A DNA stretch of 64,000 nucleotides from Spirogloea muscicola (GCA_009602725.1 WELB01000017.1:669114-733113), one strand, 5' to 3'; positions 12,883-25,518 are shown, counted from the first letter of the stretch. Notes: generated by a model not told the origin, from the sequence alone. Numbers and translations: made by a program.

Positions 12883-13744
12883 CTTGGCAGGATCTTGCTC
12901 AGTATCGTGAACAGCTCGACTCTGTTTCCTGAGGGCATCCCATGAGCATGCTTACAAGGACATCCGAAGCTTATCTGCCCGGCCATGTTATCTTCTCCTG
13001 CGCCGTGCTCAGACCTGCCAAAGTAATCTACCACCCTTTGTCCTGACAGTAGTTGTGGCCCACTGGACTTAGCAGATTGCATTTGTCGCCTCTGTACAGT
13101 GTTGCGCATGCCAAGTGAGCACTAGTCTACTGCATGCTTTATAGTTGCAGTAGGAATCCATCTGCCCTGTTGATCTATTGGGTGTTAGGCAAGTAATGAG
13201 TAGAACAGTGAGTAGAACAGTAGAATAGGACGGGTGTAAGATGTATAGTGCTGGCAGACCTGGCTGCAGATATCTGCAAGTTTGCCAATAATTAGTATGC
13301 ACGTCCTGTAACATGGACGTAAGCAGTTTCTTGTGCACGAGCATCTGTGAGCTACAACTATTCAGCAGGATAAGGAGGCGGTCTCGTAGATGTGCAGATC
13401 ATGACCTGGTTACTTGACCCGGTAATGAAGAGTGCAGCAGCTGCAACAGCTCAACCAGATAAGCGACAGACGGCAGGAGAGTGACCGCAGGCATTGCGGT
13501 GACACGGGCAGCTGCATGTGCTTCAAGCCACCTTGGAGAGCCTGGATGGCGGGACCTGCTGTCCCCAACACTGCCACCAGGTTGGCTTGGTATAGCCAGC
13601 AGCTCCGTTGCGGCTCAGGAATTGCTGCACACGGCCTCATTTCAAGGTGCGCCGCGGCGACACAGGGCAACTTGCCGCTGTCTGTGGCAACCCATGGCTG
13701 ACCGTAGGCCCGTAAGAAAGCGCACCCAGCGCTCTGGGCGAGAG

Positions 13745-13950
13745 TAGACGCGCTTCCACAAGGAGGCAGTAGCTGTGGAAGGCCAGCCCACGAGTGCAGT
13801 TACCAGGCAAGACGAGCGCTTCTCTGATGGCCACTCAGGGAGGCCTAGTCAGCAGCCGCAGTTCGGAAGCAGCGAGAGACTCGGTCGTGCGATTGTGCGC
13901 ACGGGCTCGAGTACGAGGGGCACCAACATGGGCGACATGGGCGGCCTGGG
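13745..13950 (-). mobile_element. 5'-truncated RLE-type non-LTR retrotransposon end (diverged copy)
   Basis: Minus strand reads ..ASELRLLTRPP* (stop 13835-13837) followed by gggctggccttccacagc (13771-13790), the family 3' stem-loop. Confidence 0.55.
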
Positions 13951-14080
13951 CTTTCTTCTACCTTTTAGGGCTGAGGAGTTAGGGTTCAGGGGGCGCAGGT
14001 GGAGTGCCCCCGACCTGGCGCACAGCCACGCCGCCGCCTCCGTGGCGCTGCGCGCCGCCCTCCGACGAGCCCCCGCCGCC

Positions 14081-16486
14081 ATGCTGCTGCACGGCAGCGG
14101 CCCCCAGCGCCGCTGCTTCCCGCCGCCGCCGCCGCCNGGTCCGGCGCGGCCCTCCGTCGGGCCCCGGTGAGGTTCAGCTCACCCGGCAGCTTCAGCTCCG
14201 CAGCCTCTGCCGCTTGGACACCACACGGCGCTGAAGAGCTTGCGCAGCACGTCCACACGCGTCACAACCACGGTCGATGCGGCTCTGCGCTGCAACGAGT
14301 GCTGGCTTTGGACGTGAAGCACGTCCTCACAGTCCATGATGCGCACCGCGACCACGACGCGGCGCTGAGTGTCAAGCTTGCGCCAAGCGCACTGAGCCTC
14401 GCTCTCTGCGACGCCGCCCTCGTGCTCTCTCCACAGGCTGGGCGGGTGGTGTTCTTGGCGGGCGTTTGCGACACCTTGCTCACACTCCGCTGCCTGTCAG
14501 TCCCACCTGCGACTGGCCACGAGCTCTGCTCCAGCTTCTTGGAGCGCAGGGGAGGGGCACCGGCCCGCTGGGGCCTTCTGGTGCAGGCGGAAGTCGTCCG
14601 GGAGGCCCTGCTTGGCGAAGAGCAAGGATCGAGACGAAGCCAAGCGTGTGCCGCAGGCGAAGAGCTGGGAGGGCGGGGCTGGCGAGAGGGGCAGGGAGGC
14701 TGTTGCCTTGGCGGGCGAGGACGAGGAGGTGGAGGACGAAGGCAATGTGGAGGAGAGGTATGCCATCAGCGGCGGCAATGACAACGACGATGTTGCTGGA
14801 GAGCTCTGCGAGGATGGTGAGCAGCTGTGCACACCTTTCTGCTAAGCACGATGCTGGCCCACTGTCAAGGCTTGTAAACTGGTGTTAGAAGGGTGAAAGG
14901 TCAAGGAGTAACTGCCGGGTTGTAAGACTAAGTCACAGTGTGCCCTTGGGCTGCTCAGCCAGGCTTCTGAGTTGGTGGGCGTCTAGCTCCTGCAGTGGCA
15001 GGTCTTCAATCTCATTGCTACATGCAACACTGCATGCAGAGCAAGAATTTGAGGATGATCTGGCAGAGGAACTGGAAACGCGCATGGCTGAGAGCAGTGA
15101 GGACATTTGGGAGGACTTTGAGGATGAGGTCGAGGCTCAGGTACAGCTTAGACATCCTGGCAGCTGCAATTACTCCTTCAGAACGCTCAGAACCCTAAAG
15201 AAGAACTTGGGTGCAGCAGCACTTGAAACCGGCACAGGGGCCTTGCGCTATGAGTTGTCAAAGAATTTCAACTGCAGAGCTGTTCAGCTTGCTGAAAGAG
15301 CCCAGTGTCAGTTGCAGTTGTGTGCGCTTGGCAAAGCGGAGTTATCATAAGAATCTGTGTGTCTGCAGGCTGGAGATGGGGGTGATGGAGGAGGCTTTGT
15401 CCTAGGAGAGGCTGCTTGGGCCAAGACTGCGCTGCTTCTGGCGCAGGAGGTTCTGGGCCTACCCAAGTATAAGAGTGACTTATCTCTGTTCGCCTTCCGC
15501 GTAATTCCAGAGTCAAAGGTCATCCGAGCTCGCTTGGACAAACTCTCAGATGAGTGAGTGGTAGTCATGAACGCATTACCCATTGATTTGGTGTGCTTTA
15601 CGGAGCTGGCATTATTGCCATTGGAGCAGCTGAAGTAGGATCTGCTACAGAAGCTATCGCAGTGACACAAAGCATGTCTACCTGATCTGTGGCAAATGTG
15701 AAAGATGCAGATGGGTTGACCAGAACTTAGCGCAATAGCGTTTTGCACAGCAAAAAGCATCTCAGCCAGCACAAAGTGGCATCTCTATGTTCACCCAAGG
15801 CGCTGTGTGCCTCGGCGATTCTGCAGGTACGGGTCACCTACTCTTGAAGAAATTGAGAGCTTTTCAAGAGACTTTGAAGGGCGGCTTGACCAAGCTTCTG
15901 AAGTTCCCGATGACTATGCCCTTGAGGTGTGATCGCCTTCCTTACAGATCGCCTCCTTCTGTCAAATATTTTCTTGTTATATATTTTGTGATTCAATGCC
16001 ATACTCATGTACTGGAGTAGTAGTACAGCAGCAATCTGTCACGTCCCACCTACCACATCTCAAACTACACGTCCCAGGCTGCAAGCAGCCTCAAGTAGGA
16101 CTGCAGGCCTTTCACTTTCACGTCCAGCTCTCATCTCTATGTGTGTTCCTTTGGTCGTATCCTTGTCTGGGTAGGTCTCGTCACCAGGAGCAGAGAGGGT
16201 GGTGAGAGTTCCCCAAGATCTCTTGCGCTTTATGGGGCTACCAATGTACGTGTGGTACACAGAAGCTCCTGAAGGGGGAACGGGAGCCAGCGCAGACAAG
16301 GAAGAGATACTGGATCTTGTAGACCTGGATGAGGCAAGCGAGACTGCTGTTTTCAGGCTGGCCGATGTCAGGGTGAACAGGGAGAAAGCTGGCAAGGGCC
16401 GCGGGCTAACAAAGAAGCAGAAGGAGAGACGAGTAAGCCTTGAGTATGCTGACTTGAAGCTGGTCAGACTGTACCTCGAGATCTGA
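14081..16486 (+). CDS. RimP N-terminal-like (DUF150-related) plastid ribosome-maturation protein, spliced
   Basis: AGDGGDGGGFVLG..LFAFRV..IRARLDKLSDE|YGSPTLEEIESFSRDF..PDDYALE|VSSPGAERVVRVPQDLLRF..VNREKAGKGRGLTKKQKE..VRLYLEI*; the LEVSSPG motif is characteristic of RimP. Confidence 0.85.
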
Positions 16487-16542
16487 ACTCTGGCCGCTGG
16501 CCAGCAACAAGGGGGTGAAAGCACCGTGACGTCTGAGTCTGG

Positions 16543-17773
16543 TCAGGTTGCTGTGCATGGTCCGAGGCCTTTATCTTCACTGCTGCTAGACGTCTTGGTG
16601 AGTATCCCCATGCTCTTCAGCTCTTGCAACACAAGTCTTTCAGCCTGGGCCTGGCAAAGTCATGGCAGTCGTGACAATACACTCAGGCTCGACCAGTAGC
16701 AGCTGGCAGCAGCGCTGGGCAAGGACGCGGACTGCTCTTTCATGTGACACCTACAAGCCTGCTGTGGTGAGAGTGCCAAGCCAACTTTCTCATTCACAAG
16801 CTGAAAACGCATCTGCCTGAACAGGGATTTGCGAAGGTAGAAAGCAACAGAGAACTTAGTTTTCGACAGATGGAGCATACCTCGAGTAGAGGCGAATTTG
16901 AGGGGATATTGCATGACAAGACGATGCTGTGTCCAGTCTTCATGGCTGGGGGAAACGGCTGCAAGAGTGTTCAATACTCCTCACTGACAAGCCTGACAAA
17001 CAGGACCAGATGCAGCAATCTTCTTGCTCCTGACAGGGCTGGATCAGTTTCCCTTGCTGCCCCTTCTTGGGGCTGCGACCTGACGGTAGAGCAAAGTGCA
17101 AGAAAAAGAACTATCGCCCATTCCTACATACTTGCACAGGCAAGATCAACAATGCCCAGGAGAATCAAGATACGCGCATTGGAGTTACCGAGTCGCCTGG
17201 CGATGGCAGCTCCAGGCCTGTCGGAGCTGGAGCCCATCAGGACCGACAGGCTGGGAAGCTTGTCCTGGCCAAGCAAGACGACACGAAAGCTGCGTTCGGC
17301 CAGGCACTCGTGGGAGAGCAGGAGCAGTCCTCTTCCAGGTCAGTGGGCTGATAGCGAGGACGAGACAGGGCTTGGAGAGGCGGTGACGGGGATGGGATGT
17401 CAGTAAGCTGCAGGCTTCACTCTGTGCAAGGCAGGAGCAGCTCACAAAGGGCGTGCGGACGGCAGCGTACAGCTGGCCCATTGCCGCGGCGTTCACGCCG
17501 ATCCAGACGTAGAGCTGCGCGGCCAGGGGCAACATGCGAGTCATGGCGTCGGCTCCAGACCCAAGAGAGGCGAGGAGATGGCAACTGCAACGGCAGCGGT
17601 GCTCGCGCCACCTGCTGGGAGAGGGGCAGGATTTGGCAGTGCACGGCGGCGCCGTCGTCGAGCTCCGCGCTGGCGCACCGCGGCGCCAGCCTCGCGCCGG
17701 CGACAGGGATCCCCGACCCGTCGCCTGGTGCTCGCGCCGCGCCGCCGCCGGCTGCGGCGGCGCCGGCCGCCAT
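16543..17773 (-). CDS. PSMG4: Proteasome assembly chaperone 4 (PAC4/PSMG4), 5 exons
   Basis: VHCQILPLSQQ|LYVWIGVNAAAMGQLYAAVRTPF|DKLPSLSVLMGSSSDRPGAAIARRL|AMKTGHSIVLSCNIPSNSPLLE|AQAERLVLQELKSMG; GT-AG introns. Confidence 0.9.
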
Positions 17774-17871
17774 TGCCGCTTGCCCCGAGCGCCTGGTCAG
17801 CCTCCACCAGGCAGTATCTTGCGAGGAACAGGGTGTGAAGGCAGGAGGCGGCGGCGGCGGCGGCGGCGGCC

Positions 17872-17903
17872 AGGTTTAGGGTAGGGCGGCGGGTTTAGGG
17901 TTT
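17872..17903. promoter_or_regulatory. Telo-box (TAGGGTTT/AAACCCTA) in the PAC4-TTL bidirectional promoter
   Basis: aggtttagggtagggcggcgggtttagggttt lies in the 176-bp spacer between the divergent ATGs at 17773 and 17950. Confidence 0.6.
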
Positions 17904-17949
17904 GGTCTTGCGGTGGGGGCACAGCCCGCCTGGCTGCTCGGTCACGGCC

Positions 17950-19739
17950 ATGGCGCGCCAGCCGCCGCCGCCGCCAGCGCTGAGCGCCGCGGCCGTGGCG
18001 GCNGCCGCCGCCGCCGCGCCGCCGCGGCCCTCGGGCGCCTGGCTCAGCTCGCCTCGCCTCGTCCGCAGGTGGATGTCGGCGGCTGGCTGCAGGCGTTTGC
18101 GGGCCACCCGCGGATCGGCGACACGTCCAGCGTCAGGCAGACCCACGCCGCCACGGCCGAGTGCGTCGCCTGCGCCACACTTCTGGCCGTCGCCGCGCCT
18201 GCGCCACCGCCCGGCACTGCCCTCGAGAAGCATGGACTGCTTACAACCCATGTCGTTTTGACAAGGTCCTCCTCCGCGGCCGTGTCGCAGGCTGTCAGAA
18301 GGAGAGCAGCAGGCGGCGCTGACGGCCGCCGACCCCTCCCTGCTGCAGGTTGTGCACTGCTTGCCATCGCACGGCACCTTCCTGGTCCTGGCAGCACTGA
18401 GCTCGGAGCTCAGTGCCTGCCCGTCATTGTTGAGCTGGTCGACATAGCCTGACAGTGATGGTTGTATCGTCGACAAACTCCTCCACAATCCATGGCAGGA
18501 GTTGGCAATGTGGAACCAGAAGTACGAGGACAAGTTTGGCCACGTCTTTCTCATCTGCGCGTCTGGCAAAAGCAGCTCCGAGGTGCTTAGTGCGCTCAAG
18601 GTCAATCTCTCGTTCTCCCTCAAACACTCGCGTCTCACCTCAACGCACGTCTGTCTGTTACTCCGCCTGCCTATCCTGGCTTGTTTATTGCTGTCCTCAA
18701 TGCCCGCTTAGACCTCTTGCTGTCAGCTGTCGTCACTGCACCGCAGTCTGGCATGTCCTTGAACACGTGATGATGCTGTTTCAGCCAATCTCCTCTCCCC
18801 ATCCTTAGCTCTGTGATGCCATTTGATCGTCAGCTCTTCTGAACCTGACGGAGTATTGTAGGCATGCAGGTGAGATATGAAAGCCCCCCACATGCCGAGC
18901 TTGCTGTCGCTGCACGGGAGCAGCAGAGGATCACCGAGCTCCGCCTTGCGAAGCTTCTCGATGAGCTAGTTGCTGACCAGCACTCCACGAGAGCAGCAGG
19001 TGAATATGAACTTTCCCTGCAGAGCGTCCATGGTCAATGAGTAATTAGACCAACTCCTTTTACGCTCAGAGGTGGGGTGTGATTGAGCAAGCTCTTGCTT
19101 CTTTGTTCTGAGGTCTCAAGATAGAGTTCAATGCGAATGCACATATCAGCACATGACTCCTTTCTGAGATGCACGCACTACGCCTGCATTCCTGAGGCTT
19201 TTTCGTCCTACTCATGGACAGAGGGCCCGGCTGCAGAGCGGAGGATGGGTCAAGTGCATGCTCACTTGAGCTCAGTGGCTGCCAGGGAATCACCAACGCC
19301 CTCGTCTGCGTGCACGCCCGGGGCTCAGCTTCTTGCAGGGCGCCCTCAAGAATCGCTGCGACCCCCCATCACGACGCACGTTTTAGATGTGTCCCTTGGA
19401 GCACCGGCAGTTGGAGTGAGAGTGGACCTTGATAGAGAGGATGATCTAGCGGGTTATGGCAGCAGCACAGCCGCCTGGTTGCCTGTGGGCTCATCTATGA
19501 CGGATCAAGATGGGTGCTCAGGTCCGCTACTGGAAGCATCCGGCACTGTGCAGCCCGGGACCTACCGGCTGACCTTTCACACGAAGCTTTATTTTCTAAG
19601 GACAAGGACAGGTGAAGACAGGCCCTTCTACCCCTCTGTAAGTGTGGTGTTTACTATAGGACAAGATCAGACTAGTCAGCACTTCCACGTACCTGTTCTC
19701 CTTGCCCCCTACTCGTACAGTACATACAGGGGTAGCTGA
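17950..19739 (+). CDS. TTL: Transthyretin-like S-allantoin synthase (OHCU decarboxylase + HIU hydrolase), spliced
   Basis: WLQAFAGHPRIG; ELAMWNQKYEDKFGHVFLICASGKS; REQQRITELRLAKL; PPITTHVLDVSLGAPAVGV; HFHVPVLLAPYSYSTYRGS* (YRGS is the HIUase signature). Confidence 0.95.
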
Positions 19740-20390
19740 CTGGCCCTCTAGCTCTGGCATTGTACCATACTCATACAGTACATAGAGGGGTACTTGGTTG
19801 GCCCTCTGGCTCTGACAGTCTAAGACTTAGCTGCTCTGTGAGCGCTAATGGCCAATCACCGCGCCACGTTTTGCATTGAGATTGATAAGGCCTTTCAGGT
19901 ATAAGGTCAGGATAGTGTAATTATCGGCCAGTATTTATTTGTGACCCTAGCCTATTGATCTGACAATTACTTCTTAGAAGAGCCCCCAGACATACGACAA
20001 ATTGCATAATGGGCATGCCAACGTTGTACTATCAAAAGTTGCTGCTGAGTATGCCATCCAACAATCTCACACAAAGTGGCCTTCCTCAACTGTAAACACC
20101 ACCTTGTGAAGTGGCCATCAAACAATCGACTCTAATTGACACGCTCGTCAAGGACAATCAAGATCTATACCTGGTACATCAATGAAGTATGAATAAAAGG
20201 CTAGTACGTGATCACAAAGTGCTACACAACAGACTGAGCTAATGCCGCAGTCGCAATTGCAACTCTGCGCCTGCCCGGGACGTGTGGCCTGCTTGCCGTA
20301 TGCCCCAAGCTACATATGGCAGTATGGAATAGGCAACATGTACAGGTGCAATACATGGCCTAGTGCCCCAAAGCATAGCTATGCTGTAGC

Positions 20391-23300
20391 CTAGGAGATC
20401 CTGTATGCCCATCCGTGGTCCTGCAAGTACTGCCCCACAGCTTCTCTCAGAGCCAAGTTGGGTACAACCTGCTCCGGATCCAGTGGGGCTCGACTCACTG
20501 GGTCAAACCTCTTCCCTTGCTGCAGACACAACGTTGGGCTAAAGTCATTGTCTTGTGCTCTCTCTTCACATGCTATCAACAAGACACCGCACATACCACC
20601 TTGACAAGGGCTGGAAGCGAAGTTCCCATTGACAGAGCAAAGCTGTGGAGATGACAAAGATGGCTATGTCTGAGACAACTGAGACTGTATGCGTGGGTGC
20701 AATTTCCAGCACAACTCTGAGTATGATGACCTGGAAGTAGGTGGTCTACTGGCTACATCAGAGCTGCAATCCTTTGAGAGATGGCTTCAAGCAAAGCCAG
20801 CTCTGAAGGACGAGTTTTCCTAACAGTCGATGCTAACAGCTAGCTGGGGAAGCAAGCAAGTCTGTGGTGCACAGCATCTTCTGCAGGTTTCACAAGACCA
20901 GGGAGCATTGTGGCGATGACCATCATGAGAAAAAATGATATATGCTTATGCACTGCTGAACAAAGACCTACGAAGAGCTTTAGCAAGTATAAGACTAACA
21001 TTTGCAGCAGCAACAAACTTGTACCTTCTTAAGGTGCTCCATGAGTATGGATCGCTCGTATGAGATGCCGCTCGGTGTGATGACAGGGTCGCGATATATG
21101 TCCATAGTAATATTGCAGCAAAGATGGTCAGGCACCTGCAAGCGTCACCATGATAGACTTTCATAATATGTGCTGCTTTGATGTGCATCACATCTGTGGC
21201 GACCTTAAGTTTCTTCAGTCTTCTTGCAAAAGCAGATCTCTGAAATTGTTGAGACTCAGCCAGGCGGCGCTGCACAAGATTGAGACAGCCCAAGCAAACC
21301 CCTGTCGAGGACAGCCAAGTTGCTGGTACCTGGCCTGGCCTGTCAGGAGCACCAGCCTTCTCAAACACATTCTCCAGCGTGTTCAAATGCTCAGCATACT
21401 CATCATCGACTCTCCTGAGCTCTCTCGTCCTCCAGTCATCCTCATTGCTATGTCTCGCATTCTCAGCACTGCCTTGCCTCAGCAAGTCCTCCTCTCCTGT
21501 TTGTCTTTCCTCTTGCGTGTCCTCCACCTTGATGCCATTCCAGTATTGAGCTACCTCCACGGGAGCTCTCCCACTTGCCTGATGTGGATAGGCGCCGTCT
21601 GCACAGTCCCTCGCTCGGAAATCCCTGGCAGGCCTGTGAGCATCATCAGTTGCAAGCAACCCTTGCTTGAGCCCAGAGGGATGATCAAGACTTGCACGCA
21701 CGAACTGGTGCTCCTGCTTCAGCAGCCTGGCAAGATGCTCCCTGTGCAGTCAAGGGACCAAGGGCACGAGATCAGGACGTGCCAAGAATAACTTGAGTGC
21801 TCCACGTGACTTCCATCTGTGCACGTGATCTGCAAAGAGTGCCAATACTGCCAGCATTGCTGTCACCTAGCCACTACAACTACATCTCCTCCAGAGGTTG
21901 CAGCTGCAACTGGTGGAGTAAAATACGTGACGAGAGAACAATATCAACACCGGCTACAGTCTCAGAAGGATGTACCTCAGGCGATCCTGACGGTCTCGCC
22001 TTGTATTGGACTCGGTCTGCCACTGGCTGAACCGCGCCGTCGCTAGCTCGTGCCAGATCTCGTCCACCATGTTGCCTTGCTTTCCCCCTCTAGCAAGGTC
22101 CAGTGCCTGTTATACATGCAGTGCAGGCCAGGTGTCTAAGCATGCAGTGCAGGCCAGGTGTGTTTGGTCCCTGCTGCTGTTGTGTACATAGTCATGATCT
22201 TGGCCTCCCTTATAGACACCAAATGCAGCACTGATAGCAAGGGTCTGTCATTTATCTTCTGAGATCATTATCTTCTGAGATCATTATCTTCTGAGATCAC
22301 ATCAAAGTAAAACTGCAACTTGTGGCAAGCAGCCTTAGCTTCATAAGCTGCCTCTCACTGGGACTTTGACCATGATGTGTCATGAAGCAGGACTCTGCTG
22401 TAAGACTCAATTGACAAATATTTCCTGGACAGCTTTTTCCTGAAGTCTTTGGACAAGCCTGCACAACGAACACAAAGATGCTCAATAGCTAGCCCAGATG
22501 TGCTACCTTCTCAAGCTCGCGAATGGCATCCTCGTAGAACTTGTGCTGCGACAGCGCCAACCCCAGCATGTAGTGAGCCTGTGGTAGCCAGAGAAGCTGT
22601 GTGAGGCAGCTGAGTGTGGGGCTGTGGCCACGTGGGGTATGCTGAAGACTGATTGCCCTGGTGGGAGGTACTGCCCTGGTGATAGCTAGAAGCTTACACC
22701 TTATCTACCCAGATCAAGACTTCTGCTGGAGGTCGTGCGCGGCTCAATGACAAACACAGGCCAGCAACTATAGATTGTGACAGACAGTTCACGATGACGG
22801 TCTGTGACAGCCCACTAGCCACTGCTCGCTCAGAGCCAATTGTAAAGAGGGTGACAAGAGCGGCAGCAGGGAGAGGAGACGAGGAGGAGTATGACAGCAA
22901 AAATGACGGCTATGATGCCGAGGCGACAGGGGATGAAGGCAGAACCGTGGGAGAGGATGCATAGAAGCTGCATAAGAGGTACCTTGACAGACCCCCGGTC
23001 GAGCTCCAGAGCGCGCTTGCAGTCCGTCTCCACCCTTGGCCAGTCACTGGGCATCGACTCCGGCAGTGGGCCGAAATCAGTGCTCAGAGAAGACGGGCCA
23101 ACGACTATCTGAAGCAAGGCGGACCAGGGAGGGTGATGCGAGGCCCGCAAGCCCAGCATGTGAGCGGGCCGGGCACGCCACGTACTTGCGCTTGCGGTGG
23201 CAGAGCGCCCGGTTGGTCCAGTACACGGGCACCGTGGGGCACAGCGCGATAGCCTGCGCGGCGCTCGCAGCGCACGCAAGCCTGTCCTCAGCGACGCGCT

Positions 23301-23464
23301 CGTCTGATACGCGACGCGCAGAGAGCCGGCAGGGCGGCGCAGGTCGCGGGGTGGCGGCGGCGGTGGGTGCCCACCTCGGTGTAGGCGTCGATGGCGGCGG
23401 CGAGCTTGTCCTTGGCGAAGTACTGGTTGCCCTGCGACTTGAGCGCCTCCGCCTGGCTGGCCAT
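20391..23464 (-). CDS. CHIP: TPR + U-box E3 ubiquitin ligase CHIP, spliced
   Basis: MASQAEALKSQGNQYFAKDKLAAAIDAYTE|AIALCPTVPVYWTNRALCHRKR; AHYMLGLAL; VPDHLCCNITMDIYRDPVITPSGISYERS; FDPVSRAPLDPEQVVPNLALREAVGQYLQDHGWAY. Confidence 0.95.
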
Positions 23465-23714
23465 GGCGCCCGCCGGCGCCGCCGGGGGGGGTGGCGGGGG
23501 CCCACCGCACCGCCGCCTTCTGGAAGGCCGCTGGCAGAGACGAGACGAGAGGCCGGGCACGCCTTTGCTTCCCCTTCATCCCGTCAGGCAATGATGTACG
23601 TCCGTCACATGTGCTTGCCCTTGTGCTTGGCCACTCAGGCCCATCCGCCAGTCACTGCACACGGACGTCGCGAGCACCGACTCCGTCCACCCCCGCCAAC
23701 CCCCATTAACCGGC

Positions 23715-24230
23715 AACGGAAGCAGGGCAAGCGATCCAAGGCAGGGGCTGGGAAGGCCAGCCCGTAGTGAATGGACAAGGTCTCAGCCGAACGGCGTTTA
23801 CACCACACGGCGATGCTGCACGAGGACTACAGCAGATGGGAGCTTCGTAACCACGAGTGAGCCGCAGCAAGTCGGAGTGACTGCCAGCTGGAAAAGTGGC
23901 ACACCGACGAGACCCCAAAGAGCGCAAAGAGCGCAATATGCGGACCACCAAGCCGGCGATGAGTATTTCGTGGCGCCGGTGATGGACGTGCACCGGGCAT
24001 TTGGCAGTCTGGGGCTGGACCTTCTGCCCCCTTGGGTTGGGCCACTTTCCGCAGCGGCTTGCACTGCGAGCAATTGATCGTCGGCAGGGACGGCAAGGTG
24101 AGCTACCCGGCTTCAAAGCTGCCGGGTTGCTTGCCCAGGTGTTCCACATGCGGCTATCCTTATCCCTTGTCCTTGTCCCTTATCCTTGTCCAGTCCTTTA
24201 GGCTGGCCTATCACAGCCACTGCTGTCCAT
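23715..24230. mobile_element. RLE-type non-LTR retrotransposon fragment with inverted 5' part, plus an extra 3' end
   Basis: Minus 23715-23915: GSRRCATFPAGSHSDLLRLTRGY + 3' stem-loop. Plus 23915-24165: ERxYADHQAGD..MDVHRAFGSLGLDLL..QRLALRAIDRR..PGFKAAGLLAQVFHMRLS. Plus 24183-24220: ccttgtccagtcctttaggctggcctatcacagcc. Confidence 0.75.
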
Positions 24231-25025
24231 TTCGAAGACCTGTTCCTCGATTCCTCGGGTCTTAGTGGCCGGACCTGTTTTTCCTTTGCCCGAGCAGCAG
24301 CAGTGGTCCTGCTCTTGGGGGTGGGAGGGGTGGAGGGTCACTCTGCAGGCCGCGAGCACCACCCCCCCCCTTGCCCCCCCAGCTCACTCTGTTTTCTACT
24401 GCTATATCGAGGTTCAATGGATCTTAGGAGAACTGTAGCTCTCCCGCAAGATGCGCGAAGGCTGTGATAGGCCAGCCCACGAAGAATGTGCTGAATGGGG
24501 CGCCAGCTCGGGGAGCACCCGCCCCTCAGCTGCTCCAGCTGTGTCAAAAAAAATCTGAGTTCCTCCCACGTTCCACACCTAGACGTGTGAGGATAACAGC
24601 ACAATAATTGAACTCTCTAGCCTGGGGAACCGACAAGGGGTGGTGCAAGCACTGTCCACTCTCAAGCAAGCCCTTGGCTGGCTGTTATGGCCGCTCTGCC
24701 ACATCAGTAGCCCCTGCACTCCTTTGACCTGGCTTAGTGTCCCCTTGCCTCGACCCCCTGCCGAAGCCACATTGCAGTAGGCCAGAAGCGGCCCATGTCT
24801 GGCCCTCTCCTGGATCTAGCACGTCAGGCCTTCTGGGAGGTGCTTTCCCTGGCAGTCCTGCACGACAGGCCAAGCGGCTCCACAACATGCTGCCACACCC
24901 ACCAACCGCGGGTCGTCTGTTGGCTCGCCTGCCAGCTGACGGCAGCAAGCTTGCCAGCTAGCGGCAGCAGTGGCTCTTGGCAACTGTACCAAGGCCAAGG
25001 CCTTAGATATCCGTGGCCCTTGCAA

Positions 25026-25485
25026 TCACGTCACCTCAGTGTGCTGTGGCGAACCATCCCAGGAGCCACCACTCTCAGTGCCAACAGAGATTGTGGAATC
25101 AAGCTGGTGCCCACCTGCCCCTGCCTCCCCTGCACGTCGACTCCCTGTGCTTCCAGCTGCACCCTGCCTCGTCTCTTGCCTATCTGCCTCCCTCCCCTTG
25201 CTTGGCGTGGCTGAATCCTCCTCTTTGCCATCCTGCTCCGCAGCAATGGAGGCCTCCTCCCCGTCATCAACAGCATCAAATGCAGCACAATCGAGCGACT
25301 GGCCACCAGCGACCTCTTCACGTACAGCACCCTCACTTGATGCTGACACCGAAGTTGCTGTGGTTCCTGCCTGAGATGATCGCGGTGCAGCTTCCTGGGG
25401 CCCCTCCTCAACCTCCGCCTCCTCCTCCTCCTCCTCCTCCGCCTCCTCCTCCTCCTCCGCCTCCTCCTCCTCCTCCTCCTCCTCC

Positions 25486-25518
<33 letters not shown>

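Noticed and set aside
17872..17903. Telomere or interstitial telomeric array
   Set aside because: Only 1-2 TTTAGGG units in a promoter; better explained as telo-boxes
23748..24220. MITE with terminal inverted repeats
   Set aside because: The apparent TIRs are two oppositely oriented LINE 3' stem-loop ends, each with its own continuing tail
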